64,000 nucleotides of DNA, taken from positions 73,720,001-73,784,000 of the forward strand of contig NC_045696.1 of assembly GCF_009834535.1 (NCBI RefSeq). The letters run 5' to 3'. Shown piece after piece: positions 61,471-64,000 of the stretch; position 1 is the stretch's first letter; every line of letters begins with the position of its first letter. The stretch comes from Camelus ferus. Lineage: Eukaryota. Under the pieces are notes generated by a model that saw only the letters and a list, made by a program, of their open reading frames with translations, searched no databases and was not told the origin of the DNA. The position numbers were made by a program, and so were the translations under genes.

Positions 61471-62796
61471 CCATTGCATGTATGCAATATAGTGTATATA
61501 TTTTATATACTTCTGAGAAAAATATATATACACCTTCCTGTTAACCTTGATGATGTTATTGAGTAATGATATTTTGTAAGTTTGTCCATCTTTCATTGTC
61601 TCTGTATCTTCCAAGTTGACTTACATTCCTGTCCTGATAGATGTTCTGCCTATTCACTTATGGCTTTACTCACTGACTTCTTAAAAAAAGGGCTCATTTG
61701 CACTTTCAGGGAAGCTGAAGATTATAACATACAAACTGTTCAGTTTCTATTCTCCTTGGAAGGTGTATGTTAACAGTGGCAATATAGCCCTTCTGTATAC
61801 ATCTAGGTTCAGGGTTGTTACTCAAGAAACTTAACAAGAAACATGAAATTGCTTAAGGATGGGTGATACAAACTATAAAGAAAAGTAAGGGACTATTTAG
61901 CAGAGAAGTCAGGATAGCGGTTACATCTTGGGATAGGAGAAAGAAAGATTTTCAGTCTGGGAGGGACATGAAAAGACCTTCAAAGATACTGGTATGTTTT
62001 ATATTTTATGTTTTATATTTCTGCTGTTATTTTTATTCTCTAGACTAATTTTTATATGCTTCATGAATACATGATACATCTAAAATTTTTAAAGATGATC
62101 TGCAAACTTAAAAAATGATAGGCATTTTCAGTTTTTACTATAAAATTCCTGTATTTTGGACTTACCTGCTTTTGCTTGTTTTGACTATACCACTTCTAAT
62201 AAGGTATTTTGAAAGGTAACTGCAGAGGATACATAATTTTTAGTACTTTAAAAATATTTTGGATAAGTAAAACTACTTTGAAACATGTATGAAATTTAAT
62301 AAGGTTTTCTCCAACTTCCAATATAAAGGAAGTCTCAAAGCCAAAAAGATGGAAATTCATACGTTTCAAAAATTTTATTATCCAATACTCTCTTAATAGT
62401 CTAGGTTTTATAAAAAATATTTTTAAACAGTCCATATCATTTCATAATGGTATGAAACATGCATCAAAGAAAATAATTCTAAAACTCTATAAAGCACAAC
62501 AGTACCACAGTTCTGGTCAATTATGATAAGAGGAATTGGCTGGAACTCATATAATCTGCATGTGAATTTGATTAAAATTGTTTTGCTTTAAATCTATACT
62601 TGGTGATGTTAAGAAGAAGATACTTCTATACAAAGAATGTTAAAGATGCAGTTGGGCAAAAATGGGCAAGAAGAGAGTAGATAGAAAATTTTTTTGGTTT
62701 TCTTGGGTTTGATGAATCTTTTGACCTGGTTTAACTATTTTGTTTGTTATTCTTCTGTGAGTTTTTCATTCTGTTCCCTGAAAATAAGGTAATGAT

Positions 62797-62797
62797 T

Positions 62798-62848
<51 letters not shown>

Positions 62849-62850
62849 TT
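62797..62850. repeat. (TTTA)n microsatellite derived from the SINE tail
   Basis: About 13 tandem TTTA units. Confidence 0.9.
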
Positions 62851-62985
62851 ATTTGTGTGTGGGGGGGCAATTAGGTTATTTATTTATTTAACTTTTTTTT
62901 TCTTTATGGCAGTAATGGGGATTGAACCCAGGACCTCATGCATGTTAAGCACACACTCTACCATTGAGCTATATCCTCCCCTCAA
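62800..62985 (-). mobile_element. tRNA-derived SINE (Vic-1-like) with (TTTA)n tail
   Basis: ggggattgaacccaggacctcatgcatg...ctaccattgagctatatcc; TSD taatgatttt at 62790-62799 / 62988-62997. Confidence 0.9.
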
Positions 62986-64000
62986 TTTAATGATTTTTAA
63001 AAAGGAGTTGCAGTAATATTAATGACATAGTACTATTAAGTTGTCTTAAAAGCAGAGGATGTAAAGGCTGAATTGGATTTAGTCCACTGAATAAAGCTAG
63101 GTTTTTATCCATAAACAAGGTTTTTTCCCTCTACCAAGCATTATTGGATATATTGGTTAACATAATCCACGTGACCAAATACACATTTGTATGGAGTTTA
63201 AGATAGGATTTTTGAAAATTCTAATGTGCTATTACGAAAAACTGATTCTTACAAAAACTTTTTCATTCACTCATCAATTAAACATTTCTGGAATACATAC
63301 AACAAGCCAAGCATTTGTTAAGTGCTAAGTGTGTAAAGAGCAAAAGAAAAAACATGGTCAGTTTCTTTGAATCTCATATTCTTTTGATGGGTATATGTTG
63401 AATAAAATTTTTTTTTAATTACGTGAATTCCCCATCCCCTCCCCAGGAAGTAAAGAGTGGGGGGAAAAAGAGGAGAAAAAGGAGATAATTCTTGGACCCT
63501 CAGTTCCCTTTGAATTCTCTAATTTACTAATTACATTGCACATAAGCTTTAATATTAAGATAGTAACCATAATACTCTTGTTCATAGGTCATATTTTTTG
63601 TTTAAATGAAGAGTGGCTTGGCATTCATCATGAGAAATACCAAAGAATATATAACTTAACCAAGGAAATGGGTTGAGAACCTAACAAAATTGTTTATACA
63701 CCCAAGCAGTCTTGACATTTTATCACAATTTTGTTTTCTGAAAGTTGCTTATAGATTTATTTTATTTCTTTTTCTGATCTTGCTTTGAAAATTCTTTTTC
63801 TACCATGGCAGGAAAATAGAAACATTTTTTTCTTCTCTTCTAAGAATTATCTTCGTAGGGAAAAGGATGTCTTTGATAAGACGACATTTTTGGAAAATAA
63901 TATGTAATTAATTCACAGCAACTCAAAAAGTATGATAATTCTGAATTTCATCTTCTTGATGATCACTCATTCAAAGACATTGGTTATCTAGGCACATATA

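Noticed and set aside
1..64000. CRISPR arrays, operons, rRNA or other prokaryote-type systems
   Set aside because: The sequence is mammalian intron/intergenic DNA; no regularly spaced repeats or dense ORF blocks are present.

Overview
AT-rich, repeat-dense mammalian genomic DNA, most likely camelid (inferred from repeated tRNA-Ala-like Vic-1-type SINEs). The minus strand carries the promoter CpG island (~45050-46030) and coding exons 1-13 of FXR1 (fragile X-related RNA-binding protein 1). All 13 exons were delimited by hand with GT-AG boundaries and consistent phases. They give 1198 coding nt (399 codons + 1 nt) covering the tandem Agenet/Tudor, KH0, KH1 and KH2 domains and the start of the RG-rich region; the gene continues beyond position 1. 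Positions ~46000-64000 are upstream intergenic DNA made mostly of L1, L2, MIR, LTR and DNA-transposon relics. No new protein-coding system is supported. The most unusual item is a ~3.1-kb TSD-flanked composite retroelement in intron 7: L1 5'UTR + ORF1 only, inverted ORF2 pieces, an internal poly(A), then a captured ancient L1MC-type 3' end. It resembles a half-L1 (HAL1-like) element with a 3' transduction. Other points of interest are a well-signalled 92-nt candidate poison exon in intron 1, an upstream 5'UTR splice donor that would skip the ATG, and the in-frame 87-nt retainable intron 12. Repeat subfamily names come from visual recognition, not a database search.
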